In this document: piece after piece, positions 28,257 to 38,078 of the stretch
How the letters are laid out: the number at the start of each line of letters is the position of its first letter
Position numbering within the stretch: the stretch's first letter is position 1
DNA from: Myxococcota bacterium
GTDB lineage: Bacteria; Myxococcota_A; UBA796; UBA2385
DNA: 64,000 nt
Assembly: GCA_044344255.1 (NCBI GenBank)
Contig: JBIJDH010000015.1
Coordinates: 32,001 to 96,000, forward strand
Direction of reading: 5' to 3'
The notes under the pieces: generated by a model
What the model was told of the DNA's origin: nothing
The model's input: only the letters and a program-made list of their open reading frames with translations
Databases searched by the model: none
Position numbers and translations under genes: made by a program

Positions 28257-28390
28257 GGCGGACAGTCTATCGCAGGGAGCCGCGGCGGCGGGGCGCAGGA
28301 GCGGGACGGCGCGGGGCTTCCCACGGCCCACCGCTCGCGGTAGACAGACGGCCTCTTGACCTTCGCGCCCGCCCCTCCCGGAGTGAACAG

Positions 28391-30391
28391 ATGATCCCGA
28401 GCCTCCCCCAGCAGGACCCCTCTGGCCGCGCCCTCCGTCATCGGCAGCTCGCGGAGGCCCAGCAGGCCTACGTGTGGAACCACACGAGCCGGGTGGCCCC
28501 CCTCGGCATCACGCAGTCCCTCCCCCAAGGGCAAAAGTTCCCGCCCCGGATGCTCGGCGGCGCCGCGACCGTGGTGCTCGAGCTCGTGGACAATGTGCTC
28601 GACAAGCTCTCCCGGGTCTTGTCTCCGGGCGGCGCGGCCCTGGTGGGCGAGAGCATCGCGGTCGCCGAGCTCGGCGCGGTGGAGGCCCTCGTCGTCCAGC
28701 TCCTCGAGCACCGAAGGTTGCTCGGTCGCATCGTCGAGTCCCACCTCCCCGGACACCCGAAGTCGGAGCGAACGGGCCTCGTCGAGCGGGTGGAGGACCG
28801 CCTCGAGCGCGTCGTGGAGCGGATGAGCGAGGTCCTGCACGGGGGGCGCGCGGCGGATGCGCCCGAAGAGCCCGAGCAGGACCCTCTCTCTCATATCGAG
28901 CTCGTGCTGAAGACCCTGCTCGGCGCGGCGGCCAAGGGCCTGTTGCAGGCGGCGGGGCTCTTCGGCCCTGCGGGCTCGCTCTATTCGTACGTGCGCCTGT
29001 TCTCGATCATCCGTACACCGGACATCGCCAGCACCTTTGAGGATGACCTCGAGTTCGCGCGCCTCCGCCTGGCCGGCGCGAACCCGATGGTGATCGGCGC
29101 GGTGGGCAGCCTCCCCGCGGCCTTCCCGGTCACGGACGCCCAGCTCCAGGCGATCAACGGCCCCGAAGACAGCCTCGAGCGGGCGGGGCGGGAGGGGCGG
29201 CTCTTCCTCTGTGACTACTCGATGCTGGCCGACGTGCCGCTCAGCACCTTCCCGGATGGCCAGAAGTACATGAGCGCGGCCTTCGCCCTCTTCTCCACGC
29301 CGCCCGCCGGACAGGCCGATCGCCGGCTCCGCCCCGTGGCGATCCAGCTCGGTCAGGTGCCCAACCGCAGCACGCCGGTGATCGTCCCGGGCGACCCCGC
29401 CTGGCCGCTGGCCAAGCTGCACGTGCAGGTGGCGGACGGCAACCACCACGAGATGATCAGCCACCTCGGGCGTACGCACCTCTTGATCGAGGCCTTCGCG
29501 ATGGTCACCCATCGCCAGCTGGCCCCTGAGCACCCCCTCCATGTGCTGTTGATGCCGCACTTCGAGGGCACCCTGGCGATCAACTCCGCCGCCGAGTCGA
29601 CCCTCATCGCCCCGGGGGGCTTCGTCGATCGCCTGCTCGCCGGAACCATCGCCGGCACGACCGCGCTGGCGGTGGACTGCCTCACCGGGCTCGACGTGCC
29701 GAGCGCGGCCTTCCCGGCGGACATCGCGGCCCGCGGCCTCGCCGACAAGTCGGCGCTCCCCGATTATCCCTATCGGGATGACGGTCAGCTCCTCTGGGGG
29801 GCGCTCTCCGAATGGGTGCGCGATTACCTGTCGGTCTATTACAGCGCCGACGAGGACATCGCAGGTGACACCGAGCTGGCGGCCTGGGTGGCGGAGCTCG
29901 GCAGCCCCGGGGGCGCTGGGCTGCAGGGCCTCGATCGGGGCGGTCGGATGGGCACCTTCGACGGCCTCGTCGAGACGGTCACCCAGGTCATCTTCACGGC
30001 CAGCGTCCAGCACGCCGCGGTGAACTTCCCCCAGAGCACCCTGATGAGCTTCCTCCCGGCCTATCCACTGGCGGCCTACGCGCCGGCGCCCACCTCTACC
30101 GACCAGGACGGAGAGGGGGCGGCGAGGCTCGCGCACCTCGCGCCGCTCCAGGACGCCTTCGCCCAGCAGCTCTTGCTCCGGCTGCTCGGCGGCGTCTTCT
30201 ACACGCGGCTCGGGGACTACGATCGGTACGTGGTCGAGCCCACCTTCGCCGATCCGCGGGTGGCGCCGCTGCTCTCCCACCTCCAGGATCAGCTTCGCCG
30301 GGTGGAGGCGGTGATCGGCCGGCGAAACCTGCACCGGACGCCCTACACCACCCTCCTCCCCACAGCGGTGCCCCAGAGCATCAATATTTGA
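28391..30391 (+). CDS. Lipoxygenase
   Basis: FARLRLAGANP, WPLAKLHVQVAD, HEMISHLGRTH, QHAAVNFPQ, C-terminal QSINI iron ligand. Confidence 0.95.
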   Translation: MIPSLPQQDPSGRALRHRQLAEAQQAYVWNHTSRVAPLGITQSLPQGQKFPPRMLGGAATVVLELVDNVLDKLSRVLSPGGAALVGESIAVAELGAVEALVVQLLEHRRLLGRIVESHLPGHPKSERTGLVERVEDRLERVVERMSEVLHGGRAADAPEEPEQDPLSHIELVLKTLLGAAAKGLLQAAGLFGPAGSLYSYVRLFSIIRTPDIASTFEDDLEFARLRLAGANPMVIGAVGSLPAAFPVTDAQLQAINGPEDSLERAGREGRLFLCDYSMLADVPLSTFPDGQKYMSAAFALFSTPPAGQADRRLRPVAIQLGQVPNRSTPVIVPGDPAWPLAKLHVQVADGNHHEMISHLGRTHLLIEAFAMVTHRQLAPEHPLHVLLMPHFEGTLAINSAAESTLIAPGGFVDRLLAGTIAGTTALAVDCLTGLDVPSAAFPADIAARGLADKSALPDYPYRDDGQLLWGALSEWVRDYLSVYYSADEDIAGDTELAAWVAELGSPGGAGLQGLDRGGRMGTFDGLVETVTQVIFTASVQHAAVNFPQSTLMSFLPAYPLAAYAPAPTSTDQDGEGAARLAHLAPLQDAFAQQLLLRLLGGVFYTRLGDYDRYVVEPTFADPRVAPLLSHLQDQLRRVEAVIGRRNLHRTPYTTLLPTAVPQSINI

Positions 30392-30433
30392 GGGGACAGG
30401 TCTTGAGGGAATAGGGATTTGAGGGGATAGGGC
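30388..30433 (+). repeat. 15-16-bp imperfect tandem repeat x3 at the lipoxygenase stop
   Basis: TTGAGGGGACAGGTC / TTGAGGGAATAGGGAT / TTGAGGGGATAGGGC. Confidence 0.75.
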
Positions 30434-30441
30434 ACTGGAGC

Positions 30442-32601
30442 TCAGGGGCGATGCACCCCGATCTCCACCTCCACCCGCCAGGTGCCTGCCTCGGTGAGGA
30501 TCCAGGCCGCGTCGACCCCTTCGGCGACGATGGCCTTCGGGCGGGGCGGGTTCGGGCCGGGGAGGTGGACGGAGCCCTGCTCCCCGGAGGCCGTCACCCG
30601 CCCGACCGTGCCGTCCTCGGCGGCGAACCAGCAGCCCCCCGCGCCGTCGTCGGCCACGGCGGGCACCTCGACCCCGGCGTCACTCTTGCCGAGGCTGTCC
30701 TCCACCTCGCCGTCCCGTGGGCCGCCGACGATGAGCCGCTCGAGGCCCTCGGTGGTGCCGAGCCAGACGGCGCCCTCGACGGGGGCGAGGTCGAGGGCGG
30801 GGTGGGCGCGGAGGTAGGGGCGGGCGCCCCCGGCGACCACCTGAAAGACGAGGCGGCGGCTGATCGCCCACAGGCCGAGCCCGCCCGCGCGGACGCGGGT
30901 GACGTCGTCGAGGTTGGCCCCGGGGAGGAAGCGGTCGCCGTCGGGATCGTAGAACCAGAGGCCGTCGTCGCCGCCCACCCACAGCCGGCCGCCCGACTCG
31001 GCCGCCGTCCAGACGGTGCTCGGCAGCGCGACCTGGTGGAGGTGGCCCTTCCGGTCGAGGCGGATGGCCCGGCGCCCGAGGGCCCAGAGGGAGCCATCGG
31101 CGTCCTCCTGGAGGGCGTGGACCTCGGCGCCGGCGGCCACCACGAGGTTGGCGGCCCAGCGGTGCGGCGCACCGATCGAGCGCACCCCCTCGGCGCCGGC
31201 GAGGAAGGCGCCCTTCGGGGTGAGCCAGAGGGCCTCGGCGTGGGTCGCGGCCGGCCAGGGGCTGAGCGGGTAGAGGCGGACGGCCCGGGGGCGGACGCGG
31301 CGGCCGGGCTCTCGCGGTGCGGCGGGATCGGGGAGGAGGACCAGGGCCGCGCCGTCGTCGCCGGCCACCCAGAGGCCGCCGCCGGGCTCGGCCGCCACGC
31401 TCCAGATCGAGCTCCCCGGCATCCCGTCGACCTCGCCCCACGGGGTGCGATCGGGGCCGAGCAGGCCGTAGGCGCCGGAGGCCACATAGAGCCCGCCGCC
31501 CTGCGCGGCGACGCTGTACGCGGCGGCGCGGGGATAGTCGGGGGCCGCGATCGGCGCCCCCTCGCCGCTGACGGTGAAGAGGCCGCTCTTCTGGCCGGCC
31601 AGCCAGACGGTGTCTCCGCCGTCGAGCAGCCCGTAGACGTTGTCTTCGGCGAGCCAGCCGGGCCCGGGCTCTGGCTCGGGCTCTGGGGCCGCCGGCCCAA
31701 GGACCGGCTTGGTGACGGGCGGGGCGTCCTTGGGGATGCGCTGGACCCCTTGGTAGCCCACCCAGAGCTGGCCATTGAGGGCCTGGCTGAGCGAGAAGAC
31801 CGACCAGGGCGCGAGGATGGCCTCGATCTGCCCCCCGGTGACACGGTCAAGGCCGTGGAAGGTGCCGAGCCAGAGCCGCGGCCCGTCCAGCAGCACCGAC
31901 TGGACGTAAGGGTCAGACAGGGCGTCGTCCCAGACGCGCACGACCCTGCCGCCTTCGAGCAGCGCGGCGCCGCGAGCCGTCCCGACGAGGACCCTCTGCC
32001 CATCTGTGTCGACGGAGATCGCGCGGTCGTCGGGGAGGCCGTCCCAGCGGGTTAGGACGCGGAGCCCTTCGCCCTTGGCCTCGAGCGCGACGAGGCCCCC
32101 CCCGAGGCTGCTCGCCCAGGCGCCGCCGCTGGTGGGATCGGCGACGATCTGCCCGACGTCCTCGGCGAGGATGGCGGCCTGGCCGCCCGCGGCGAGGCGG
32201 GCGAGGTCGGCGGGGCTCGACCAGGGGTCGGGAGAGACCGGCTCGCTCCAGCGGCCGCTGGGCCCGAGGCGGACCCGGAAGCGCACGTCGCGCTCGACCG
32301 CCGCGCTCTGCCAGCCCGGGCGCGCCGACTCCGCGACGAGGCGACTGCCGCGCGCGTCGATCTGCTCGATGTCGGCCGGGGGGCCTCCCTCGTCCCAATA
32401 GAGGCGAACGGGGCGGGCCTCCCGGCGCAGGTCGGCCCAGCGCTCGGGCGGGGCGCGGACGGCGCGGAGCTGCTCCGGGCGCGACCAGGCGTCCTCCGCC
32501 CGGGCGGGCGCAGTGCAGAGCAGCGGGGAGAGCAGCGGGGCGAGGAGCGCGCAGAGCGCGAGCCGGCGGAGCGCGGAGACGGGCGGCGAGGGGGGCGTCA
32601 A
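30442..32601 (-). CDS. Secreted beta-propeller protein (two-component-regulator propeller-like repeats, no kinase domain)
   Basis: Signal peptide; WDGLPDDRAISV, LWLGTFHGL, DGMPGSSIWSV, LWVGGDDGL; TTG start overlapping the upstream stop. Confidence 0.7.
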   Translation of the reverse strand: MTPPSPPVSALRRLALCALLAPLLSPLLCTAPARAEDAWSRPEQLRAVRAPPERWADLRREARPVRLYWDEGGPPADIEQIDARGSRLVAESARPGWQSAAVERDVRFRVRLGPSGRWSEPVSPDPWSSPADLARLAAGGQAAILAEDVGQIVADPTSGGAWASSLGGGLVALEAKGEGLRVLTRWDGLPDDRAISVDTDGQRVLVGTARGAALLEGGRVVRVWDDALSDPYVQSVLLDGPRLWLGTFHGLDRVTGGQIEAILAPWSVFSLSQALNGQLWVGYQGVQRIPKDAPPVTKPVLGPAAPEPEPEPGPGWLAEDNVYGLLDGGDTVWLAGQKSGLFTVSGEGAPIAAPDYPRAAAYSVAAQGGGLYVASGAYGLLGPDRTPWGEVDGMPGSSIWSVAAEPGGGLWVAGDDGAALVLLPDPAAPREPGRRVRPRAVRLYPLSPWPAATHAEALWLTPKGAFLAGAEGVRSIGAPHRWAANLVVAAGAEVHALQEDADGSLWALGRRAIRLDRKGHLHQVALPSTVWTAAESGGRLWVGGDDGLWFYDPDGDRFLPGANLDDVTRVRAGGLGLWAISRRLVFQVVAGGARPYLRAHPALDLAPVEGAVWLGTTEGLERLIVGGPRDGEVEDSLGKSDAGVEVPAVADDGAGGCWFAAEDGTVGRVTASGEQGSVHLPGPNPPRPKAIVAEGVDAAWILTEAGTWRVEVEIGVHRP

Positions 32602-33845
32602 AGCTGCTCGATCTCCACCTTGTATCGCTCGGCTTGTCGGGCGAGGGGGCCGAGCTCCCCCTCCAGCCGGAGGGCGTCCTTCGGACAGACCCACCAGCAA
32701 TAGAGACAGGTGATGCAGCGGCTGGGATCGACCGTGTGGCCGATCTCGGCGAGCGGGAGGCTCGTCGGACAGAAGTCGACACACTTCACGCAGTCACCGC
32801 AGCGGCGGTCGTCGCGGTGCAGCGCGGTGAGGCTGTCGTCCTGGCGGCTATAAACGTCCTGGATCACGCCCAGCCGATAGGCCAGCGCCGTGACCTCGGG
32901 CCGCTCGGTGATCGGCCGGGCGGCGATCTTCAGCCACTCGAGGGCCCGGTGGTCGGCCATGCGGGCGAGGGCGCCGCGGGCGGGGGCCGGGCGGACCGCC
33001 CGCAGGCGGGGGACCTCGGCGGTGACGGCGTCGAGCAGCGCCTGATCGAGGCGGCCGGCCTCTTCGGCGTGGCCGAGGTAGGGCATGGCGCGCGGGGAGA
33101 GGCCGATGAGCTGGCAGACGACGACATCATTGACGATGGCGTGGTCGCTCATCAGGAGCTGACCCAGCCGATAGGGTGAGCCGTCGCCGGGGCCGTTGCC
33201 CTCCATGCCGACGAGGCCGTCCACCAGCACCAGATCGGGGGTGACGACCTCGTTGAGCGCGAAGATGTTGCGGCCGAGGTCACGGTGCATGTGCCGCTTG
33301 TCTTGCCCGCGGGTGATGCCCACCCAGTTCTTCATGGCGCAGGACAGGCCGGCCTCGACGTGCGTCTTCACCTTGGGGAGGCTGATCAGGAAGTCGGCGT
33401 CGAGCACGGTGACGGCGACCTGTGGGTGGGCGCCCCCGTGCAGCACCACCATCCGGCCCGCGTCGTGGTTGAGGTCGACCGTGCGCACGCCGTGTCGGTC
33501 ACAGAGCGGCCGCACCCGCAGACGCTCGAGGGTGTTGATGCCGCGCCGCTCGACCCCCACGTTCGAGCCGTCGGCCACGGTGAGGTCGGTGTAGCCGCGG
33601 GCGCGGAGCTCCGTGAGCAGGGCGTCGAGCACGCGCAGATCGACAGAGTTGCCGGTGAGGGCGACGAGGTCATTGTTCAGGTTGGGCTTGATCACCACCC
33701 GGGCCGCGCGGTCAACGGGCAGCCGGTGCTCAAAGTGACGCAGCAGCGCGCCCACCGCCGCCCGGATCTCCGCGCCGGTCCAGGCGGGGCAGAGGGCGAC
33801 CTCCGCTTCGCCGATCGCCGGGCTCCGGAAGCGCCAGGCACGCAT
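32598..33845 (-). CDS. DUF362 family protein with C-terminal 2x[4Fe-4S] ferredoxin
   Basis: VVIKPN, ISLPKVKTH, AMKNWVG, GMEGNGP; CGDCVKCVDFCP and CITCLYCWWVCP. Confidence 0.9.
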   Translation of the reverse strand: MRAWRFRSPAIGEAEVALCPAWTGAEIRAAVGALLRHFEHRLPVDRAARVVIKPNLNNDLVALTGNSVDLRVLDALLTELRARGYTDLTVADGSNVGVERRGINTLERLRVRPLCDRHGVRTVDLNHDAGRMVVLHGGAHPQVAVTVLDADFLISLPKVKTHVEAGLSCAMKNWVGITRGQDKRHMHRDLGRNIFALNEVVTPDLVLVDGLVGMEGNGPGDGSPYRLGQLLMSDHAIVNDVVVCQLIGLSPRAMPYLGHAEEAGRLDQALLDAVTAEVPRLRAVRPAPARGALARMADHRALEWLKIAARPITERPEVTALAYRLGVIQDVYSRQDDSLTALHRDDRRCGDCVKCVDFCPTSLPLAEIGHTVDPSRCITCLYCWWVCPKDALRLEGELGPLARQAERYKVEIEQL

Positions 33846-33851
33846 CCGGGG

Positions 33852-34439
33852 CTAGCTCGGATCCGGCAGCAGGCCGAGGCCGATGAGATCGGGGCAGGGG
33901 GCGTAACAGTGGGCGTCGGGGAGCTCCGGGTTTCCGATGCAGACCGCCCCTGCAGGGCAGATGGCCCCCTCCACATCGACACAGTTGGGCAGACAGAACG
34001 AACGCCCCGACTTGTCGAGCGGCGGGCACCAGGCGTCGGCCCCGCAGCCCCCCTCGAGGGTGGGGTCACACTCGGGGGCGCAGAAGGGGCCCGTCGCGGG
34101 CGCACAGACGCCGCTGCCGAGGTCACAGACCTCGCCGAGCGCGCAGTCCGCCTGGGTGTCGGTGCAGAGCGAGGTCACGCAGGCGCCGACCGTCGCGTCA
34201 CAGTGCTGGCCGGCGTCGCAGTCGTCGTCGTCGTTGCAGCCCTCTACGCAGCTATAGGATTTCGAGCTGCACATCTGGCCGAAGCTGCACTGTTCGTCTT
34301 GGAGGCAGTCCACCGCGCCACAGCTCCCGTCGCGGCAGCCCTCGCCGGGGGTGCAGTCGCCGTGGTCGACACACTCGGTCTCGGCGGGGGCGCCCTTCTG
34401 ACAGGCGAGGAGCGTGAGCAGGGAGAAGAGTACGATCAC
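33852..34439 (-). CDS. Cys-rich repeat lipoprotein
   Basis: LLAC lipobox; repeated C-x-x-D-x-x-C-x-x-G-x-x-C modules. Confidence 0.75.
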   Translation of the reverse strand: MIVLFSLLTLLACQKGAPAETECVDHGDCTPGEGCRDGSCGAVDCLQDEQCSFGQMCSSKSYSCVEGCNDDDDCDAGQHCDATVGACVTSLCTDTQADCALGEVCDLGSGVCAPATGPFCAPECDPTLEGGCGADAWCPPLDKSGRSFCLPNCVDVEGAICPAGAVCIGNPELPDAHCYAPCPDLIGLGLLPDPS

Positions 34440-34441
34440 GG

Positions 34442-35443
34442 TCAGCCCCTGCAGAAGGTGTCGGCGGCGCCGCTGCCTTCATTGTAGCGGACGACGATCC
34501 GGCTGCCGAGGGGCGGCACCGTCTCGGTCGAGAAGACGATGAGGCCGGTCTCGACGCCGTTGTACATACCGAGCTCGTACTCCCAGATGTTGTCCTTGCA
34601 GTCCACCTTCTGGTCGTCAATGAGCACGACGATGCTGTTGGCATCGGGCTTACGCGACATGTAGAAGGTGGTGTTCAATCGGCTGATCGACTGGGAGATC
34701 TTGGTGACGATGGGCCCGAAGTCCTCGGCGCAGAGGTCTTCCGAGACGCCGCCGGTGCGCTCGGCCATCGCCATGTAGCGCGAGCCGATCGAGGACTCGT
34801 TGGTGCCCTCGCCGCAGCCGGCGTCGTCTTGTACGACCAGGGCCGAGGCGTTGAAGCCCTTGCGGGAGAAGGGCTTGAGATCGCGCAGATCGGCGATGTA
34901 GTCGTTGACCGAGAAGGGCGAGCTGTCCTCCTCGTCGGTCACGAAGACGGTGCTCAGGAAGGCCTCGGGGCGGAGGAAGTCTGCGTTCTGCGCCGAGAGG
35001 CTGGGATCGACCAGGGCCTCCCAGGCAGCGTGGAGCCCCATCTCGGCCCCGGAGCCCTCGATGCCCAGCGTCACCATCTCGGCGAAGACGGCCTCGGCGT
35101 CTTCGGTGTCGTTGGTGACGCGGGCGTCAGAGACGCGGCCGTGCCCTTCGGAGATGACGTCGGTGGAGGTGACCGCGATCTGGTAGTCCATCTCGGCGGC
35201 GATGAACCAGGTGAGGAAGGCCGCGAGGTTCTGACCGAGCTTCTCCTGGTACGGGCCCATCGAGTGGGAGTTGTCGACCACGATGAGCACGTCGACCGGG
35301 ACCTCGGGCTCCTGCGCGAAGACATCGACCACCTCGAACTCGTGGTAGGCGTAGTCTTGACACCCCACCCCGCCCGCGGCGAGGGCGGCGGCGAGGAAGG
35401 TGCCCGCCCGGGCGGCGGTGGGGCGCGTGCGGAGGGGGCGCAT
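34442..35443 (-). CDS. VWA-domain lipoprotein
   Basis: GVGC lipobox; DVLIVVDNSHSM MIDAS, FLRPEA, VTDEEDSS. Confidence 0.8.
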   Translation of the reverse strand: MRPLRTRPTAARAGTFLAAALAAGGVGCQDYAYHEFEVVDVFAQEPEVPVDVLIVVDNSHSMGPYQEKLGQNLAAFLTWFIAAEMDYQIAVTSTDVISEGHGRVSDARVTNDTEDAEAVFAEMVTLGIEGSGAEMGLHAAWEALVDPSLSAQNADFLRPEAFLSTVFVTDEEDSSPFSVNDYIADLRDLKPFSRKGFNASALVVQDDAGCGEGTNESSIGSRYMAMAERTGGVSEDLCAEDFGPIVTKISQSISRLNTTFYMSRKPDANSIVVLIDDQKVDCKDNIWEYELGMYNGVETGLIVFSTETVPPLGSRIVVRYNEGSGAADTFCRG

Positions 35444-35539
35444 GCGGAGGCGGCTGGGGCGAGGCTGACTTGGATGCACCTGGGACTCCGGGCTACACAG
35501 CGTCGTAACCTCCGCGTCGCCGGCCGGCCCGAGGCGCCC

Positions 35540-36175
35540 ATGACCCCCGCCCTCGTGCTGCTCGCGGCCTACCTCATCGGGGCCTTCCCCACGAGCTACC
35601 TCGTCGGGCGGCTCGTCCGCGGCATCGACCTCCGCGAGCACGGCAGCGGGAACCTCGGCGCCACCAACGTCTATCGGCTGATGGGCCTCCGTTGGGCCCT
35701 GCCGGTGGCCCTCGTCGACATGGCCAAGGGCGCGGCCCCGGTGCTGCTGCTCGCCCCGCTGGCCTCCGCCGAGCGGCCCTTCGCCCTGCTCGTGGGCCTC
35801 GTCGCGGTGGTCGGTCACTCCGCCTCGGTCTTCGTTCGATTTCGCGGCGGGAAGGGCGTCGCCACCGGGGCCGGCGTCATCCTCGCCCTCGCCCCGGCGG
35901 CCGCTGCCTTCAGCCTCGCCCTGTGGGTCGGGGTGGTGCGCCTCAGCGGCCTCGCGTCGCTGGGCTCGATCCTCGCCGCCCTGCTGTTGCCGGCGCTCGT
36001 CGCCGCCTGGTACCCCGAGGCCCCCGAGACGCTCGGCCTGACCGCGCTGCTCTCCGCCTTTGTGCTCTTCCGCCACCGCTCGAACATGGTCCGCCTCTAC
36101 CGGGGTACGGAGCACCGCGCCGCCCGCACGGACCCTCGGCCGGGAGCGGATCGGCCGCCCCCGCCTCTGTCATGA
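35540..36175 (+). CDS. plsY: Glycerol-3-phosphate 1-O-acyltransferase
   Basis: AYLIGAFP, GSGNLGATN, DMAKG, FRGGKGVATG, RHRSNMVRL..GTE. Confidence 0.95.
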   Translation: MTPALVLLAAYLIGAFPTSYLVGRLVRGIDLREHGSGNLGATNVYRLMGLRWALPVALVDMAKGAAPVLLLAPLASAERPFALLVGLVAVVGHSASVFVRFRGGKGVATGAGVILALAPAAAAFSLALWVGVVRLSGLASLGSILAALLLPALVAAWYPEAPETLGLTALLSAFVLFRHRSNMVRLYRGTEHRAARTDPRPGADRPPPPLS

Positions 36176-36200
36176 TGGGGCCCACAACGCCGAGGTCAGC

Positions 36201-38075
36201 ATGGGCTGGACGGGACCCTTCATCGCCATCACCCTCGAGTCGACCGTGCCCTTGGCGCCGCTCGACCTCACCTCCACCAGCACCACGGTGGTCGAGACGG
36301 GGGCCGGGCTCACGCTGCGCATGATGGGGGTGCCCTCGGCGGCCCTCGACCGCGCCGCGGGCCGACAGGGCCTCTTCCGAGCGGACACGCCGATCTGCAC
36401 CGAGCACAGCGCGCAGCAGGGCCACATCACCTGGCTCGGCTCGGCGGCCCGCGAGGGGGAGCCCTTCAGCCTGCGGGTCTTGGTGCCCTCTCCGCCCCCG
36501 AGCCCGACGGGGGGCCGCCCGCCCGGGGGCCCACCCGAGGGAGGGCCGCCCGGGAGGGGCCCCGAGGGGCGGCCGACCCCACCGCCGCCGGGGAACGACG
36601 GGAAGGGCACGCCGCCGCCGCCGGGGAGCGACGGGGGGACCCGCCCCCCGCCGGGGCAGGACGGGCGGGGGAAGCCACCGCCGCCGGGGAATGACGGCCG
36701 GGGCACGCCGCCGACGCCCGGGCTGGACAGCCGTGGCCTCCCGCCGCCGCCGGGGAGTGACGGTCGGGGTACGCCTCCTCCACCCGGCGGCGCCGGAGTC
36801 ACCGGCGGCGGTGAGCGTCGCCCCTCTCCGCTGCAGGCGACCTGTGTGCCCGACATGCGCCTCGTCCAGGGCTGGACCTACGAGCAGCGCCGCGCCTATC
36901 GGGGGCGCTGGCTCCCCTGGCGGAGCGACGACACCGTCACGGCCGACATGCGGGTAGTCTACAAGGACGCTGACGTGGTGCGGCTCCCCGGCGAGGAAGG
37001 CTGGCTGCTGGTCTTGAACCGGATGCGGGTGCTGAGCGAGGACGCGGCACCGCCGGCCCGCGGAGACACGGGGCAGGAGGCCGGGAAGCCGATGGGCGGC
37101 GGGCCTCCGACGAGCGGCGGTCCTCCGACGAGCGGCGGGCCTCCGACGAGCGGCGGGCCGCCGGGCGGCGGCGCGGGGCTCAACCCCGAGAACACGCTCT
37201 CCGACGTGATCGTATGGTGGTCGAAGACGCCCGACTTCGCCGGATACTCGGTCTTCGGGCCGATGCTGGCGGTGGACTCCCTCGACGCCCAGCGCGGCGC
37301 GGCGGCCCGGGCCTGGCTCGGCGTGCCTGCAGGGGTCACCGGCGTCACCGACCACCCCGACGAGCTGCTGGTCTACTACGTCGTCGAGGCGCCGCCCCAG
37401 CCCTATGTCGATGCGGCCAAGGGGTATGACCCCACGGAGCTCGACCTCGGCGTCTCGGTCAAGCGCGTGTCGCTGCGGCACCTCCAAGGGGCGGTCTCTG
37501 TCGAGGCGGGCGGCGGTCGCGGCCCGGGCTCCACCGCCGAGGCGACCTGGACAGACAAGGACGCGCTCCGCGGGGACCTCCTCGGCGGGGTCCGGGTGTG
37601 GATGGCGGAGCCCGGACAGGCCGGTGCGGTGCGCCCCTTCGAAGGGCCCGGCGAGGCCCCGGTGCGGATGGTGGATCCCAACCCCGTCACCTGCGAGGGC
37701 GCGCTGCACCTCTGGTTCAGCCGCCTCCGCCGCGGGCCGCCCAACGGCCAGCCCCCCTCCCCGAGCGAGGGCCTCTGGCACGCCGCCGCCCTTCCCGAGG
37801 GCCTGCCCCTCACCGACACCGCGACCGGGCGGCGCTTCAAGGTGGAGCACGGGGTCGACTTCATCGTCGCGCCCCCCGGCGCCGACGGGCGCTCGGCCAA
37901 CCAGGTCGGGCCAGAGGGCGGCGCGGATCGGCTCTTCATTGACCCCGATCCCGTGCGGCTCCCCGACGGGCGCTGGTTCGTCTACACGGGCTCCCTCGAC
38001 CGCGGCGGCTTCTACCGCTTCGAGGGCACCGACGCCGAGGCCTGCCCCGCCTGGCGGGCGGCCTGGGGGAGCTGA
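36201..38075 (+). CDS. Hypothetical protein with Pro/Gly repeat inserts and a possible five-bladed propeller C-terminus
   Basis: High third-position GC in this frame; about six PPPPGxDGxGT repeats, GGPPTS x3; MVDPNPV and FIDPDPVRLPDGRWFVYTG blade-like motifs. Confidence 0.55.
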   Translation: MGWTGPFIAITLESTVPLAPLDLTSTSTTVVETGAGLTLRMMGVPSAALDRAAGRQGLFRADTPICTEHSAQQGHITWLGSAAREGEPFSLRVLVPSPPPSPTGGRPPGGPPEGGPPGRGPEGRPTPPPPGNDGKGTPPPPGSDGGTRPPPGQDGRGKPPPPGNDGRGTPPTPGLDSRGLPPPPGSDGRGTPPPPGGAGVTGGGERRPSPLQATCVPDMRLVQGWTYEQRRAYRGRWLPWRSDDTVTADMRVVYKDADVVRLPGEEGWLLVLNRMRVLSEDAAPPARGDTGQEAGKPMGGGPPTSGGPPTSGGPPTSGGPPGGGAGLNPENTLSDVIVWWSKTPDFAGYSVFGPMLAVDSLDAQRGAAARAWLGVPAGVTGVTDHPDELLVYYVVEAPPQPYVDAAKGYDPTELDLGVSVKRVSLRHLQGAVSVEAGGGRGPGSTAEATWTDKDALRGDLLGGVRVWMAEPGQAGAVRPFEGPGEAPVRMVDPNPVTCEGALHLWFSRLRRGPPNGQPPSPSEGLWHAAALPEGLPLTDTATGRRFKVEHGVDFIVAPPGADGRSANQVGPEGGADRLFIDPDPVRLPDGRWFVYTGSLDRGGFYRFEGTDAEACPAWRAAWGS

Positions 38076-38078
38076 GGG

